The notes under the pieces were generated by a model that did no database searches, had not been told where the DNA came from, and saw only the letters and a list, made by a program, of their open reading frames with translations. A stretch of 48,272 bases of DNA from Chiloscyllium plagiosum (Eukaryota). Made by a program: the position numbers and the translations under genes. Location of the stretch: the NCBI RefSeq assembly GCF_004010195.1, contig NC_057720.1, forward strand, positions 1,361,403 through 1,409,674, in the 5' to 3' direction. Numbering within the stretch: the first letter of the stretch is position 1; the number at the start of each line of letters is the position of its first letter. Below, in pieces: positions 47,071 to 48,272 of the stretch.

Positions 47071-48272
47071 TGAGCACAAACTCAATATATCCTGCATAAT
47101 ATTATGGGTCACTGCACACAAAACTCCTTTATAATGGGATTATTGGATATTTATTAGGACACAGCATTTGATCTACAAATATGTTATGATGTTATAGAAA
47201 ACTATCTCACATACAATCCAGGATTCTATCCGTTACAGCACTGAGAGTCAGTGCTGTATCAGTCGGCATGGAGACCACTGTCACACACAGTTACTGTACT
47301 GCCCTTGCCGTAAGTACATTCAGTGCCCTGACTGTAACCATATTGACATTCCCATCACTGGTTGGTGCCTACAACAGAATTCCTGCGAACGGTTGCTGCT
47401 TCTTGCTTATTCACAACTCCACTTTTCATATTCAGATCAACATGACTGTCTCATTAATGCATTAACCTCATCCTCCCTTCACAACTTGTTGGCTTTTTTG
47501 CCTAGTCTGCCTACTTGGACTAGATTGGGTTGGGATATCTGCTCAGCATGGATGGGTTGGACCGAAGGGTCGGTTTCCATGCTGTCCATTTCTCTGACTC
47601 TATGACTCTATCCCAACAAACCTTCAGTATTCACCTCCCAGCGATGGTCATTCTGCAGCTAAATCTCCGAAATGACAGTTCCATCATATCCGTTCACTGT
47701 CATTCCATCTAACTCATGGCGAATACAGGGAGTCATTCCTCAGTAGTGGGGGGGGGGGGGGGGGGGGGTGTTGAACAGATGCGTAGAGATTACAGAGATA
47801 GGGAGGCTTACAGGGACTCGAGGATGTTTAGAGTTAAACAAAGTTACATCTGGGTCAAGAATGTCGGTGGGACAAAGGAGTTTGGGGATTGGAGGAATTT
47901 ACAGAGATAGAGGGAACTGGATTAGATTCTGGAAATAGGGATAGGGATGGAGAAAGGAAGAGGTAGGCAGACTGAGAGGCACAGACGGGGCTGTTTTATC
48001 TCGGAGATTATTGTCCATACGAACAGAGATATGGAAGGTTGTAGTGACTGAAGATGTTTACAGATATAAGAAGGCTTCTAGGCTCTGGAGGCTACAGAGA
48101 TAGGAAGGCAATGGAGAATGCCAGGTTGGCGAGTTGGAGACAGTTACACAGATAGGGTGGGTTACACAAACTGAAAGACGTTCCTGTGGTCGGGAGGGGT
48201 ATAGTGTCGGGACTGAGGGCGACATTTAACAAGATAAAGATCAAAGAATTGGAGAAGGATAAGGAGATTACA

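Noticed and set aside
47748..48272. Poly-G run and purine-rich TTACAGAGATAGGGA-like repeats as a promoter or CpG island
   Set aside because: Low-complexity degenerate repeat, not CpG-rich, and no start exon seen.

Overview
Eukaryotic, repeat-dense genomic DNA, most likely from a shark (inferred from HE1-like V-SINEs, SacSINE1-like DeuSINEs and CR1 LINE families). The only host gene I can support is CRYZ (zeta-crystallin/NADPH:quinone oxidoreductase) on the minus strand. Six coding exons equivalent to human exons 4-9 are present (33316-33479, 29083-29134, 26755-26904, 21602-21703, 12225-12320, 10661-10822), all with GT-AG sites and matching phases. The N-terminal exons were not found. Most other sequence is retroelement-derived: nested CR1 LINEs (one near full length), a second CR1/L2-group LINE family, an RTE fragment, V-SINEs, DeuSINEs, a rearranged three-LTR Gmr1-type Ty3/Gypsy composite in intron 7, and many Penelope-like (GIY-YIG) element remnants. 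Notable signals: (1) at least three families of short Penelope-derived repeats carry minimal hammerhead-ribozyme cores with loop-less palindromic helix III, several as TSD-flanked palindromic units in CRYZ introns; (2) the LTR composite keeps near-complementary element halves on opposite strands, and only the gene-sense LTR lacks the AATAAA signal; (3) a CR1 tail abuts the CRYZ stop codon; (4) there is an unexplained hairpin with 48-bp arms at 5623-5753. Two N gaps occur (24138-24207, 43591-44087). Repeat boundaries are approximate unless TSDs or termini are quoted.
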